Assembly: GCA_949358305.1 (NCBI GenBank)
Contig: OX442314.1
Location: 16,554,001-16,618,000, forward strand
DNA: 64,000 nt
Origin: Strigamia acuminata
Taxonomy: Eukaryota
Reading direction: 5' to 3'
The notes under the pieces were generated by a model. The model was not told the origin of the DNA. It did not search any database and was given only the letters and a program-made list of their open reading frames with translations. Every line of letters starts with the position of its first letter. The stretch's first letter is position 1. This document shows, one piece after another, positions 52,395-63,370 of the stretch. Made by a program: the position numbers and the translations under genes.

Positions 52395-55300
52395 TCTTTC
52401 TTTTTTTATAAGGTAAGATTTCCAAAATCGGCCGGGTCGATTTCCTATTATGCAAAGTACATTGCCTGCACGCGACAACCGTGTCGTTCGTCTATAGGGC
52501 ATGTGGATACAGTCCAGTAGCCACTGCTCGAAGAATGTTAAAGGGGCAATGAAACTATATCCGAAAAGCAAGACCTTCTTCTACTAAAGGCTATCGGTGA
52601 TTCGGACCAGGTTTTATCAAAATTGTAGTCGACCATTAATCATTGTAACATAAATTGATAACACTATATATCAAACTGATTTGAGATAACAAATCCATTT
52701 ATCTAATTTTTCACCAAGAAAACAAACATATCAAGCAGTGACAAAAATAGATGGCGATAGTGATAGTGGCGCGTAACCTCCAACTTATACTCGTACCTAC
52801 ACATCGTATGCGTAATTACATTTTCACTTATCGCAAAGTGATTGTCAAATGGGTTGAACACATTTTTCGGTTTAAACATTGTAAATGGCTATAACCGTAT
52901 CTGACGTTTTTATGATCACATGCAGTGGGTATTTTTTTTTTTTTGTTTCTGTCACATTATGCGTTATTTAAAACGCGCGTGTAATTTAATTAAACTTCAT
53001 TCTATTTATTTTACAAAAAAATAAGTTGGGTGTCGTTTGCAATATGAGAAGAACTAGAATTGTAAATACTGGAAAGGGGGAGACAAAAAAGAGGTTTAAT
53101 TTAGAAGAGTTGACTTTTAGAGAAGAGAAATACGTACCATGTACCAGATGCAATATGCCCCAGACTTTTAATATTAAAAAAGTTGTTTGTTTTCATTCAG
53201 TTGTTGGTATATTTCATTTCAGAAAAGTACTTGCGGCGCGATTTTTTCTTTTTTACTGGGTTGCAACATAAAATATTAAAAAGAATATATAATCAGAGTT
53301 AAACAAATTGTATGAATCGATTCAACTTGTATTTTTTCCCCTTTAATAAAAAACATACTAATGTACATAATTACGATAATTACAAATGGATCAATTGCTT
53401 CTTCAATTGAGTTTGCGTGAGTCCAGGGAACTCGCAATGTCCCAACAAATTTTCTGAAGCCAGTCACAAAGGAAGTGATGAATAAATTTCACTTTTAAGA
53501 TATTAGATACAGTGTGCCAGCTGTAAGAATGCGTTTGTAGCATTCTTCCCTCCAAAAATGAGATTTTACGAATAATCCTAAAGGAATTATTAAATTACGC
53601 TACAAAAGCTGTCGGTCCACGTAAACACGAGGAAACTTAGAATCTATTTTCAGCACTTTCCATTTTAAATCCCAGTTTTACATTTTAATTTAAGCTCCAT
53701 CATGATTTATTAAGCAAACATGTACCTTAAAGTAAATCTCAATCATTTATCCGAGCAAGCAGAACAGCAGTTGTTGTAGATTTCATCGGGATAAAAATGT
53801 TTGCAGAACTTTTAGAATTTTTTCAGCAGAATTCTGTAAAACCTTTTTTATACGCATTATAACAAGCGGTTTAGCTGAGAAATTGGTTTAAACGCACAAT
53901 TGTCATTCAGTTTAATTTCTGAGATGTAAATTTAATTTGTGGTGAAGCGCAGCAAAGCTCCAGAGGCAAAAATCTAAGCATTCTTTACAAAAAGTGCAAA
54001 TTTCTTGGCTAGGTATTTTATAAAATTCCTGTCACCAACGTCTTAACTAAACAGCGAACGGTTTCAGTTAAGGAAGACGGATTTCTCTGCCATTGGATGC
54101 TGTGTGATGCATAGTCCCAATTGCATGCCACAACTTTTTACCCAATAAATCAATAAGTAAAAACCGTCTTAATGTAGCACAACCACAGGTTTCTGCACTG
54201 TAAAATCGAAAAATTTTAGCTGCTTAGATACTCACTTTAGTAAATTGCATTAAAATTACCAATTTTCTTTTTTTTTATTATTGTATTTTACATATTTAAC
54301 GATTAATTCATTGCAGCTGAATGAGTTTGGACATGCGGGCGAAATTCTGATTCAATTATTCGAAAACTCCATTATGGATGAACGATCAATCCGTATTTTT
54401 AAGTCAAATTTGAGCTAAGAAAATTGCCATTAGTGTATTTATTTTGATAGTAGTTAGGTAATGAAGAAAACTGTCAGCAAAACAATTGATCATGTGAGTA
54501 AATCGTGTTTAGTGCAGCTGTATATTCTATTTACTACCAGTTAAATTAATTATTGGCTGGATTCCAGTCTGGCACAACGTAAATTGTCTCTAGATCGAAT
54601 TAGTTGGGCTAAATGGTGACAAGTTGGTTCATTGTATACATGACGCCAACTCATTAGATACCTGTCAGTCAATGACGTAATTAATTATTGATTAATTTTC
54701 CCTGTTTGATATTGCAAAATCTTTCAACGATAAGTGAAATAACTAACTAGATAGCGGTCGGAAGGTGAAGGAAATGTATTTTTTATTTTGTTTACAATTT
54801 GAAGGTGCTAATAAGTGAGCGTCTTTCTTCCCAATATTAATTTAGTCTGTAATCGGTTTCATTTTGCTTCTTATTTTGTTGTAAACTAATTTGTGCTTGT
54901 TCATCACATTTGTTAATGGGCCAATATAAATTTAATTAGATTCTTGTCAAGTGCCACAATTCCCGCGCACACAATTAGCTGACAATCATGTCCAAACCGG
55001 ACGAAACTTAATTTTAATGTTAAAGACAGTCTATTAGTGAGTGCATTTGTGTAGTTCTTTTGACATTTTCCCCGTCAACAAAACCAGTGATTCTTAATTA
55101 ACTTAAGTAATGCCTGTCAGTCTTGAAATGCTCATTTACTGGTTTCAACCTGAGTCTTATCCATCTATTAGCAAATTGGTCATTTATTATGCATCCTATT
55201 AATTATAAATGTATGTTAATTAACAAATTGCTAATTTAATTAAATTAAAATGTCATTTTTTTCCTCAAAAAAGTTCTTTACTGGAGCTAATTTTCAGATT

Positions 55301-56100
55301 TCTTTTTTGATACGTACGCGTTATGTCCACTTGATATCATAATGTATTGGATTTCTCTAAAGAAGTTGAGTAATTTTCTCTCGAACAAATTGCAGTTTTA
55401 ATTTTTAATGTATCCTATATGACGCTATATTATCTTGGCAACATTTTTTTGTACTTTAAAAAAGAAAAAGAAAAAAGAAAAACCATGAATTTTTTATGAG
55501 TGTAAGTGCTTTCACTTGAAACACCTAATCAAGTTCTGTGCTTAATTATAGGATACTTAGGCAAACGAAAAATGTATTTAGTTTTAAGTGCCATTTGTAG
55601 TGAGTTTTAACACATTTTTGTGGAAAACTTAACGAGAAAGTTGCGAGCAATTGACGCATATTGCTTGGAGTTTTGACCGATAGATAAAAACTCACATGAA
55701 ACTAGGAATCACCATCAGTATTCCTATAACCATTCTTAACCGAGTTCACGTGAAATAGAGGCAGCAGCAGAAGGTTGATCGATACAACTTGGCATTTGCT
55801 GACCTCTTGGGTCGAACTGCCACTTCATCACACTTGGTTGTCGCTGCTTTGTTGCAGAGAAAATGATATCAGCTCTATCCAGCATGTCACTTCTCAAGTG
55901 CTGCCAATGCTATGCAGCCAAGCATGCTTGGATGATATTTCCCATTATTAGACACACTGTTCGTTAGCAACAACACGCAAACAAATTATTTTATTCTTTC
56001 ACCTTTTAACTCGAGGTTATCGTCTTGAGTATACATTTTATTTAATATTAATATTACATATAATAAGTTTTTGTATTATTTTTCTAACTTATTTTTTCTC

Positions 56101-56142
56101 TAAGATATCAATATATTGATATATTGATATATTGATATCTTA
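56101..56142. repeat. Short palindromic microsatellite
   Basis: TAAGATATCAATAT followed by (ATTGATAT)3 and CTTA: an 8-bp tandem unit inside an inverted repeat. Confidence 0.6.
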
Positions 56143-57419
56143 AGTAGATGCAACTTTATGATCGTAATTGGAATTATCAGTTTGACTTCACATGCGAAAT
56201 GCCATCCACTTCAATCCAATTTTCACAACATGTCACAGATTAAAGTGAGTGTGTCGTGTTGAAGAAGCAATTACACTCTAGCCCTTCCTGACAAGAATCT
56301 GTCGAGGAGCAGCTTGGAAGAAGGGTCTGAAATTTCTCAAATGAAATGAGAGCTGCAATAGATAGTGCTATAAAATCTAAGGCAATGTCATTTTTTTCGT
56401 CCTTCATGGATAATTTATAATGAGTATTTCTTCTTCATACGTGTGAGTGATAACTCTTAAACGGGACAATTTCGAAGAACTGGACCTGAATCACAAAGTT
56501 CCTTGTTCGATGAACAAGCTTTTTCTATCTCAAATCTTCATTTGTGACAAAATGTGAGAAAGTTATTGGTTTTATTCGAGTCTAATCTTTTCCTTGGCGC
56601 ACATTTAAATGAATGATTTCAATAATAGGTGGAAAAACTTCTATAATCACATGTTGGGATGAATATTTCATGCTACAGATTCCACATAAATCAAGAGAGA
56701 TGGGAGGAAAAACCAATTTTGGGGCGAAATTTGTGTCGATGTAAATAATCCATGAATTACTTTTTCTGCAAGTGCGCTCTGCTGATATCAAGGGGAAAAA
56801 GTGTTGTATTAAAAACAGAAAATAAAAAAGAAATGAGTTGGTTGGTGACTTTTTGGCTTTTTGCATTGGAATATCAATTTTATACAATCGTCTTCCTCCT
56901 GGCGGCACAAACAGAATAAATTAATTGAAAATAAAATTGCATCAGCCTCAGCCTCTCGACTCGTTTATACGTCTAATTAATTAATTTGAAGATTATCAAT
57001 GAAAATTTAATTTTAAAAACATGTTTATTCGAATTAAGTATGCGAAAATAGAAACAATTTTCATTTTTTATCGTTTTTATCTTTGCAATATATCGCCATT
57101 TATAATTTCTCAACTATTTATCATTACATTAGTGGTTGTCAAGCAACAACGTATTAGGCATAAAAAATGCAAAACACCACAATATCACACCCTCTTTCAG
57201 GTAATGCAATTTTCATTTGGAGGGATTATATCCTGTATTAATCACTTTCTACGGCCACCCTTGGGAAATATTTTTCTCCGTAAGGTCCCAGCAGTAATCA
57301 ACCTATTCAACATACATTTTTAATGCAAAATCAAGGGCGTATTTCTCAGACGTGCTCCAAAAGTGACTTCGCTTGTAAATAAAAGAAAAAGAATATTAAA
57401 CGTGAATGAACTTTGGTGG

Positions 57420-57748
57420 TGTGAAAACTGGCGTTGTTAGAAGTAGCAAGGTCGCACGAGTTCGAGGGAAAGAGCACGGCGCAGCACAGAGAAGCCAACC
57501 TGCAGGAGGTGTTTTTGAGTGATATTGGATGACGCGTGACCGGAAGTGCTGTAAAAGTGTCATAAATTATCTTGTTTCACCCTTTGTTCCCCTGAATTTG
57601 TACTTGTGACCCCCAGAAATTACAATAAACTTGTTCTTAACCCAAAAAAGACATGCTTTATTTCGAGAATTCATAAAAGTTAGAAAAGTAGTAAATTTAC
57701 ACAGTTTTAGTCAAAATTAGTTACAAATCGACTTTGCGAATCTTCAAA
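57420..57748 (+). repeat. 5' LTR (329 bp)
   Basis: Runs TGTGAAAACTGG...GAATCTTCAAA and is identical by eye to 63042-63370. Contains an ETS-like CCGGAAGTG (57540-57548) and AATAAA (57624-57629). Confidence 0.95.
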
Positions 57749-57766
57749 TGGTGCCGAAACCCGGGA
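57749..57766 (+). promoter_or_regulatory. Primer-binding site complementary to the 3' end of tRNA-Phe(GAA)
   Basis: TGGTGCCGAAACCCGGGA. Its reverse complement, TCCCGGGTTTCGGCACCA, matches the last 18 nt (including CCA) of metazoan cytosolic tRNA-Phe as recalled. It abuts the 5' LTR. Confidence 0.88.
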
Positions 57767-57847
57767 AAATCAGTGAATCCGGACAGAAATAAGTAGAAAA
57801 CAGCATCGTAAAGCCGACCACGCCGAATTTTGACCGAAAATTTCAAA

Positions 57848-60800
57848 ATGGACGCCCTTGATCGTTTGCGCGCTCAACAAGCCACGTCCAGAGAAGGAGC
57901 CAAGCGGTTATGTAATGCGGTACTCGTCGAATTAGCCAACGTTGCTCCAGAAATCCTCGCGTTGAAACGATTAAAAAACCAGTTGTTAGCAAAGAGTGAA
58001 CAATTGACAGCGCTCGACGATAAGATATCGCCGATGATTGTTACGCGTGCGGATTTGGAGAAAGAAGAAAGCGACAACGAAGATTTCCGTGAGTTGATAA
58101 TCGACTCTCTTACCGATATTGAAGTCAAATTGGAAGAACTTTTACGGCCACCAGCACCAGTTATACCCCCAGCGATTCCAATCGGCGGCAGCGCCACGAG
58201 CAACTCAGGCGAAGGGACAATAAAGCTGCCAAAGTTAGTAATGCGGAATTTCAGCGGGAATCCTGTTGAGTGGTCAAAGTTTTGGTCCAATTTCGAGTTG
58301 AGTGTCCACGGCAACGGTTCACTTACAGCAAAAGCCAAATTCGTATATTTGAACTCAGTTCTCGAAGGTACTGCAGCAACAGTTGTTCATGGTCTCAAAA
58401 TCAGCGATGAGAACTATGAAACTGCAGTAACTTTACTTCAAAATCGATTTGGGCGAAAAGAAGTCATCGTGAACGCTCACATTCAGACTTTGATGAAACT
58501 TAAACCAGTAAAACGAGTTAGCGACCTCGTTGAGTTGCGTAGACTCTACGACACGTGCGAATTGCATATTCGAAGTCTCGAGACTGAAGAAATCGATACA
58601 GCCACGTTTGGAATTGTATTGTGTCCATTGATACGAAATGCGGTGCCTGACGTTATTGCACTTGATTTTGCACGCAAAAATAAAGAAAACACTCACGATA
58701 TGAAACTGTTTTTGGAGTTTTTCAGAGCCGAACTGGAGTTACGAGAAGAACACGTAGCCGTGAGCGACCAGACAGAGAAACCAGCCGCCAAGACGTTCGT
58801 CGACTACAAGAAGCCGACGCGTAACGACAAAATAGCCTCAGCCAATGCATTGACTACCAACGTTTCATCATCCAGTTGCGTATTCTGCGACGATGCGTCG
58901 CACAAGAAGGAAGATTGTCCGCTCAACATTCCAGATCGATTGAAGCGGTGCATGTCAAAACGAACGTGTTTTAGATGTTTGGGCAGCAAACATATGGCGC
59001 GCAGCTGTCCCCAGAAAGAGAAGTGTGTGAACTGTGAGCGGTTTCACCATATCCTGTTGTGCGAAGCGTCGAATACCAAGCCAGAGACCGTGCTTGTGTC
59101 AACGTTGACAGCAGCAGCAATTACAGCAGAGAACACTGACTTATTTTTGCAAGTATTAATGACAAATGTGGAATCGAATTGTAAAACCAAGGCTGTGCAG
59201 TGCATGTTTGATGGCGGAAGCCACAGATCGTTTATTAGCCAGAAACTAGTGAATGAACTCGATGCCCAAGTAGTGGGAAAGCAAAATATGCAGATTTCCA
59301 GTTTTGGCGACTCTAAAACAGAGAGCGTTTGTCGTCGTCGCGTGAAAGTGACTTTAAGAAATATTACCGATACTAATAAGTTTGTTGATTTAGAATTGAT
59401 CGAGGTGCCACGAATAACTCACTCAGTCGCGAGGCAGTCGGGTCCAAACGTGCGCGAGATGTTGCGCAAACACAAGATCACCTTAAATATCGACCAGATG
59501 TCGACCCAACAAGACGAGGTGGCAATTCTAATTGGAGCGGACCACTTTTGGCGTATCGTAACAGGCGAATCGAAACGTTTAGATGAGGGATTGATGTGTC
59601 TTCACACGTCTCTCGGTTGGACAATCCACGGCGCGATCAGAAGCCAAGATGAAACGGTTAGACAGTCAGCAACCCACGTGAATCTTGTGCAGTATGAAGA
59701 CCGACTCGACCACCTTCTTCAACGTTTTTGGGAGTTGGAAGCAGTAGGCATTCCCCACGAAACTCTCACCAGCGCCCAGGACGAAGATGATCAAGCAGTA
59801 GCAAAATTTAAAGAGTCCATCAACTGGACGGGTGAGCGGTACGAGGTGCGACTGCCTTGGTTGCTGGACAAATCAGAGTTGGACAGCAACTATCAAATTG
59901 CACTTAAGAGACTGTGGAATCTTGTTCGCAAGTTTAAACAAAATCCGGACTTGTACCACCGCTATAAGAAGGTTCTGGACGACCAGAAAATCGCTGGAAT
60001 AATCGAAACGGCCCCAGAAGTAGCCAACCAGACTGGGTGTTACTACCTCCCACATCGACCAGTAATTCGAGAGCGGAGAAGCACCACAAAATTGCGCATA
60101 GTCTACGACGCCTCGTCGCACGCGCAGAAGAGTCGCTCTCTCAACGACTGCCTGTTTACAGGGCCAAATCTCCTTCCAGAATTAATCAATGCCCTTTTAT
60201 TTTTCAGACAATTCATTGTGGCATTGATTGGAGACATTAAACAAGCGTTTCATCAAATTTTGCTGGCGTTAGCTGACCGAGATGCGGTGAGGTTTCTGTG
60301 GATCGCGGATGGATGGGACGTTGAAGGACCAATCGTGTTGGAGATTCTCCGACAAACCAGAGTCCTATTTGGAGCATCTCCAAGTCCCTATCTCTTGAAC
60401 GGAACGATACAACACCATCTCGAACAATATGCAGATCGTTTTCCCGAATTAATTATGAAATTGTTAAAGAGATTTTATGTTGATGACTTTTTGAACAGTG
60501 AAAAGACAACAACAGAAGCCATTGATGTCTACAAGAAGACGTCAACAATCATGCTCGAAGCCAATATGGAACTAGTGAAGTGGTACAGCAATTCCCCAGT
60601 GCTACGAGAGCAATTTGCTGTTGACCATCCAACTGCAACGTTCGAAAGTGAGCAAAAAGTGTTGGGCCTGAAGTGGAATGGTGAGAGAGACGACTTGTCA
60701 CTAGAACTCGAGGATGTGAAAGCAACTTTGGAACGTGAATCGAACACTAAACGGCAGGTTATTCAATTGGTTGCACAGATCTTCGATCCGTTAGGATTTG

Positions 60801-63046
60801 CGTCGCCGTTTACAGTTTCAGGAAAGCTGTTTTTCCAGCAGTTGTGGAAATTGCAGATTGGATGGGACAGTCGTCTCTCCCTCGAACTTCTCGAACAGTG
60901 GGAGAAATGGAAAAAGCAGTTGCCATTGTTGGAAAATATTTGCGTGCCACGACATTTTGGATTGGATGCAGAATTGAATAATCACGAAATCCATCTGTTT
61001 TGTGATGCGAGCCCCTTAGCGTACGGGGTGGTGGCGTACAATCGTGTGCGTCACCCAAATGGAAGTTGTAATGTATTTTTTATTCTTTCCAAATGCAGGA
61101 TCGCGCCAATTAAGACGATTACGTTGCCCAGACTCGAGTTGATGGGAGCTTTGCTGCTGGCCAGAATTGCGCACAGACTGAAACAATTCACCACTGCAAA
61201 AGTTACAGCTTGGACAGATTCGACAATCGTTTTGTGTTGGTTGAACGAGAAAAGGAAAGCCATTCCATTCGTAGCCAGGAGAGTGGAGGAAATCCAGATA
61301 CACGTACCTTTTTCGAGTTGGCGACACTGTCCAGGAGTCCAGAATCCAGCAGACCTTCTAACACGAGGGATAGATGCAGAGGCGTTGATTCAAGCGAATA
61401 CGTGGTGGAATGGCCCCGAGTGGCTTGTGAAGGACGAGAACGAATGGCCAGACATTAAAATAGACGAGAATAGCGACGAGATCGATTCAGAGGACTATTT
61501 GGCAGCAGCAGCCGTGATTCCAGAGCCACCATTGATGGACGAGCCATCAAAATACGGCAGCTGGAGACGATTAGTACGAGTGACCGGATGGGTGCAAAGA
61601 TTCGTCAAAAACACCAGAGACAAAGTTAGAAATGGCGCACCGTTGACGGTGGATGAATTATCGGCAGCAGAGCTTTATTGGCTTCGTGTAATGCAACAAT
61701 CGAACTTTGCAACAGAACTCGCAGCACTCAGCCATCGTCAGGAGTTCGCTCATAACTCTTTTTTGAACAAAGTCTCGTGTTATATAGACGAAAATGGTTT
61801 AATGCGATTGAATACCAGATTGCGATGGGCAAAAATCGACAGCAACATGAAAAATCCTTATGTTTTGCCCTCAAATCACATTTTAACCACTCTTATCGTT
61901 TCAGAAGCACATCAAAGAATTTTCCACGGTGGACTTGGAGAGACTTTGGCAGAAATTCGTCAAAAGTTTTGGATGCCAAAGCTGAGAAGGACAGTAAAAA
62001 GCGTGTTACACAAATGTTTCGTGTGCAAGCGAGTGCAAGGACGTTTCGTGCGCCAGACAGAATCATCGTTGCCACCAGATCGTGTCACTCAAGCTGAGCC
62101 ATTTCAAGTCGTTGGAGTCGACTTCGCGGGCCCATTGTACCAACGTAGTGGAGAAAAATGCTACATCGTCGTGTTCACGTGTGCGGTTGTTCGAGCCGTG
62201 CACTTGGAATTAGTTTCAAGCATGAATACGGAGCGATTCATTCAGGCATTGAAACGATTTTTTGCGCGCAGAGGAGTCCCAAGCACGATCTACTCCGACA
62301 ATGCGCTGACGTTCAAGCGAACAGAGAAAGAACTTTGTGTTTTGTTGAATGCAGTGAGAGGTGAACAGATACAAGGATTTCTGACCGAACGAGGCGTGAA
62401 ATGGCAGTATATAGTCGAACGTGCACCGTGGTGGGGTGGCTTTTGGGAGCGAATGGTGAAGTCAACTAAGTCCAGCTTGAAAAAAGTCTTGGGAAAGTCA
62501 TCCCTAGATTTTGAAGAATTGACAACCATTCTCTCGGAAGTCGAGTCGTGCATAAATTCGCGACCACTCTCCTACGTATACACTGAAGACGAAGACAGTC
62601 ACCCACTCACTCCAGCTCATTTTCTGGTCGGAAAACGAAGCTGTACTTTGCCAGACCCCAGCCAAAAAACGATTCAACAGTTGCCATCGACATCAGTCAC
62701 GATTTTGAAGCGTTGGAAACTCCGTCAACTGAAGTTAGGACATTGGTGGACGCGATGGCAAAAGGAATATCTCACCGAGCTGAGAGTTCACCGTAAAAAT
62801 GATAAGAATTCACGAGAAGTTAAACAAGGAGATGTAGTTCTCGTAGAAGAGTTAAACCAGCCCAGGATGACCTGGAAAATAGGAAGAGTCGTTGAGATAT
62901 TCCGTGGACGAGACGGTCGTGTTCGCGCATGTGAGATAAAGTTACCAGTCGGAAAGAACTTGCGTCGACCAGTACAGCGATTGTGCGTTCTGGAAACTCA
63001 CGACATGGAAGAGTTGAGTGGTGATACCACTCCGGCCCCAGTGTGA
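57848..63046 (+). CDS. BEL/Pao Gag-Pol polyprotein (1732 aa from the first ATG; the frame is open from a TTG at 57830)
   Basis: Gag motif KLPKLVMRNFSGNPVEW. Three Cys/His knuckles: CVFCDDASHKKEDC, CFRCLGSKHMARSC, CVNCERFHHILLC. Protease FDGGSHRSFI. RT motifs YLPHRPV..TTKLRIVYDAS, GDIKQAF, FGASPSP, FYVDDF (YVDD at 60476-60487). RNase H FCDAS..PRLEL..WTDS..NPADLLTRG. Integrase HQRIFH..CFVC plus GVDFAGP, SDNALTF, WWGGFWER. No stops or frameshifts, and no env ORF. Confidence 0.96.
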   Translation: MDALDRLRAQQATSREGAKRLCNAVLVELANVAPEILALKRLKNQLLAKSEQLTALDDKISPMIVTRADLEKEESDNEDFRELIIDSLTDIEVKLEELLRPPAPVIPPAIPIGGSATSNSGEGTIKLPKLVMRNFSGNPVEWSKFWSNFELSVHGNGSLTAKAKFVYLNSVLEGTAATVVHGLKISDENYETAVTLLQNRFGRKEVIVNAHIQTLMKLKPVKRVSDLVELRRLYDTCELHIRSLETEEIDTATFGIVLCPLIRNAVPDVIALDFARKNKENTHDMKLFLEFFRAELELREEHVAVSDQTEKPAAKTFVDYKKPTRNDKIASANALTTNVSSSSCVFCDDASHKKEDCPLNIPDRLKRCMSKRTCFRCLGSKHMARSCPQKEKCVNCERFHHILLCEASNTKPETVLVSTLTAAAITAENTDLFLQVLMTNVESNCKTKAVQCMFDGGSHRSFISQKLVNELDAQVVGKQNMQISSFGDSKTESVCRRRVKVTLRNITDTNKFVDLELIEVPRITHSVARQSGPNVREMLRKHKITLNIDQMSTQQDEVAILIGADHFWRIVTGESKRLDEGLMCLHTSLGWTIHGAIRSQDETVRQSATHVNLVQYEDRLDHLLQRFWELEAVGIPHETLTSAQDEDDQAVAKFKESINWTGERYEVRLPWLLDKSELDSNYQIALKRLWNLVRKFKQNPDLYHRYKKVLDDQKIAGIIETAPEVANQTGCYYLPHRPVIRERRSTTKLRIVYDASSHAQKSRSLNDCLFTGPNLLPELINALLFFRQFIVALIGDIKQAFHQILLALADRDAVRFLWIADGWDVEGPIVLEILRQTRVLFGASPSPYLLNGTIQHHLEQYADRFPELIMKLLKRFYVDDFLNSEKTTTEAIDVYKKTSTIMLEANMELVKWYSNSPVLREQFAVDHPTATFESEQKVLGLKWNGERDDLSLELEDVKATLERESNTKRQVIQLVAQIFDPLGFASPFTVSGKLFFQQLWKLQIGWDSRLSLELLEQWEKWKKQLPLLENICVPRHFGLDAELNNHEIHLFCDASPLAYGVVAYNRVRHPNGSCNVFFILSKCRIAPIKTITLPRLELMGALLLARIAHRLKQFTTAKVTAWTDSTIVLCWLNEKRKAIPFVARRVEEIQIHVPFSSWRHCPGVQNPADLLTRGIDAEALIQANTWWNGPEWLVKDENEWPDIKIDENSDEIDSEDYLAAAAVIPEPPLMDEPSKYGSWRRLVRVTGWVQRFVKNTRDKVRNGAPLTVDELSAAELYWLRVMQQSNFATELAALSHRQEFAHNSFLNKVSCYIDENGLMRLNTRLRWAKIDSNMKNPYVLPSNHILTTLIVSEAHQRIFHGGLGETLAEIRQKFWMPKLRRTVKSVLHKCFVCKRVQGRFVRQTESSLPPDRVTQAEPFQVVGVDFAGPLYQRSGEKCYIVVFTCAVVRAVHLELVSSMNTERFIQALKRFFARRGVPSTIYSDNALTFKRTEKELCVLLNAVRGEQIQGFLTERGVKWQYIVERAPWWGGFWERMVKSTKSSLKKVLGKSSLDFEELTTILSEVESCINSRPLSYVYTEDEDSHPLTPAHFLVGKRSCTLPDPSQKTIQQLPSTSVTILKRWKLRQLKLGHWWTRWQKEYLTELRVHRKNDKNSREVKQGDVVLVEELNQPRMTWKIGRVVEIFRGRDGRVRACEIKLPVGKNLRRPVQRLCVLETHDMEELSGDTTPAPV

Positions 63047-63370
63047 AAACTGGCGTTGTTAGAAGTAGCAAGGTCGCACGAGTTCGAGGGAAAGAGCACG
63101 GCGCAGCACAGAGAAGCCAACCTGCAGGAGGTGTTTTTGAGTGATATTGGATGACGCGTGACCGGAAGTGCTGTAAAAGTGTCATAAATTATCTTGTTTC
63201 ACCCTTTGTTCCCCTGAATTTGTACTTGTGACCCCCAGAAATTACAATAAACTTGTTCTTAACCCAAAAAAGACATGCTTTATTTCGAGAATTCATAAAA
63301 GTTAGAAAAGTAGTAAATTTACACAGTTTTAGTCAAAATTAGTTACAAATCGACTTTGCGAATCTTCAAA
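63042..63370 (+). repeat. 3' LTR (329 bp)
   Basis: Direct repeat of 57420-57748, followed immediately by the TSD GGTGG. Confidence 0.95.

Larger units (their letters stand above)
57420..63370 (+). mobile_element. Full-length BEL/Pao-family LTR retrotransposon (5951 bp)
   Basis: Direct-repeat LTRs at 57420-57748 and 63042-63370, 5-bp TSD GGTGG at 57415-57419 and 63371-63375, PBS at 57749-57766, and a single gag-pol ORF in the order Gag-PR-RT-RH-IN with Pao-type motifs. Confidence 0.97.

Noticed and set aside
3000..57400. The many 60-140 aa ORFs in intronic and intergenic DNA
   Set aside because: Low-complexity F/L/K/I-rich translations of AT-rich DNA, often with non-ATG starts. I could not assemble any further spliced gene, though small nested exons cannot be excluded without RNA data.
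57874..63185. Short antisense and alternate-frame ORFs inside the retrotransposon
   Set aside because: Expected shadows of a long, GC-richer coding sequence, with no motifs and nothing env-like.
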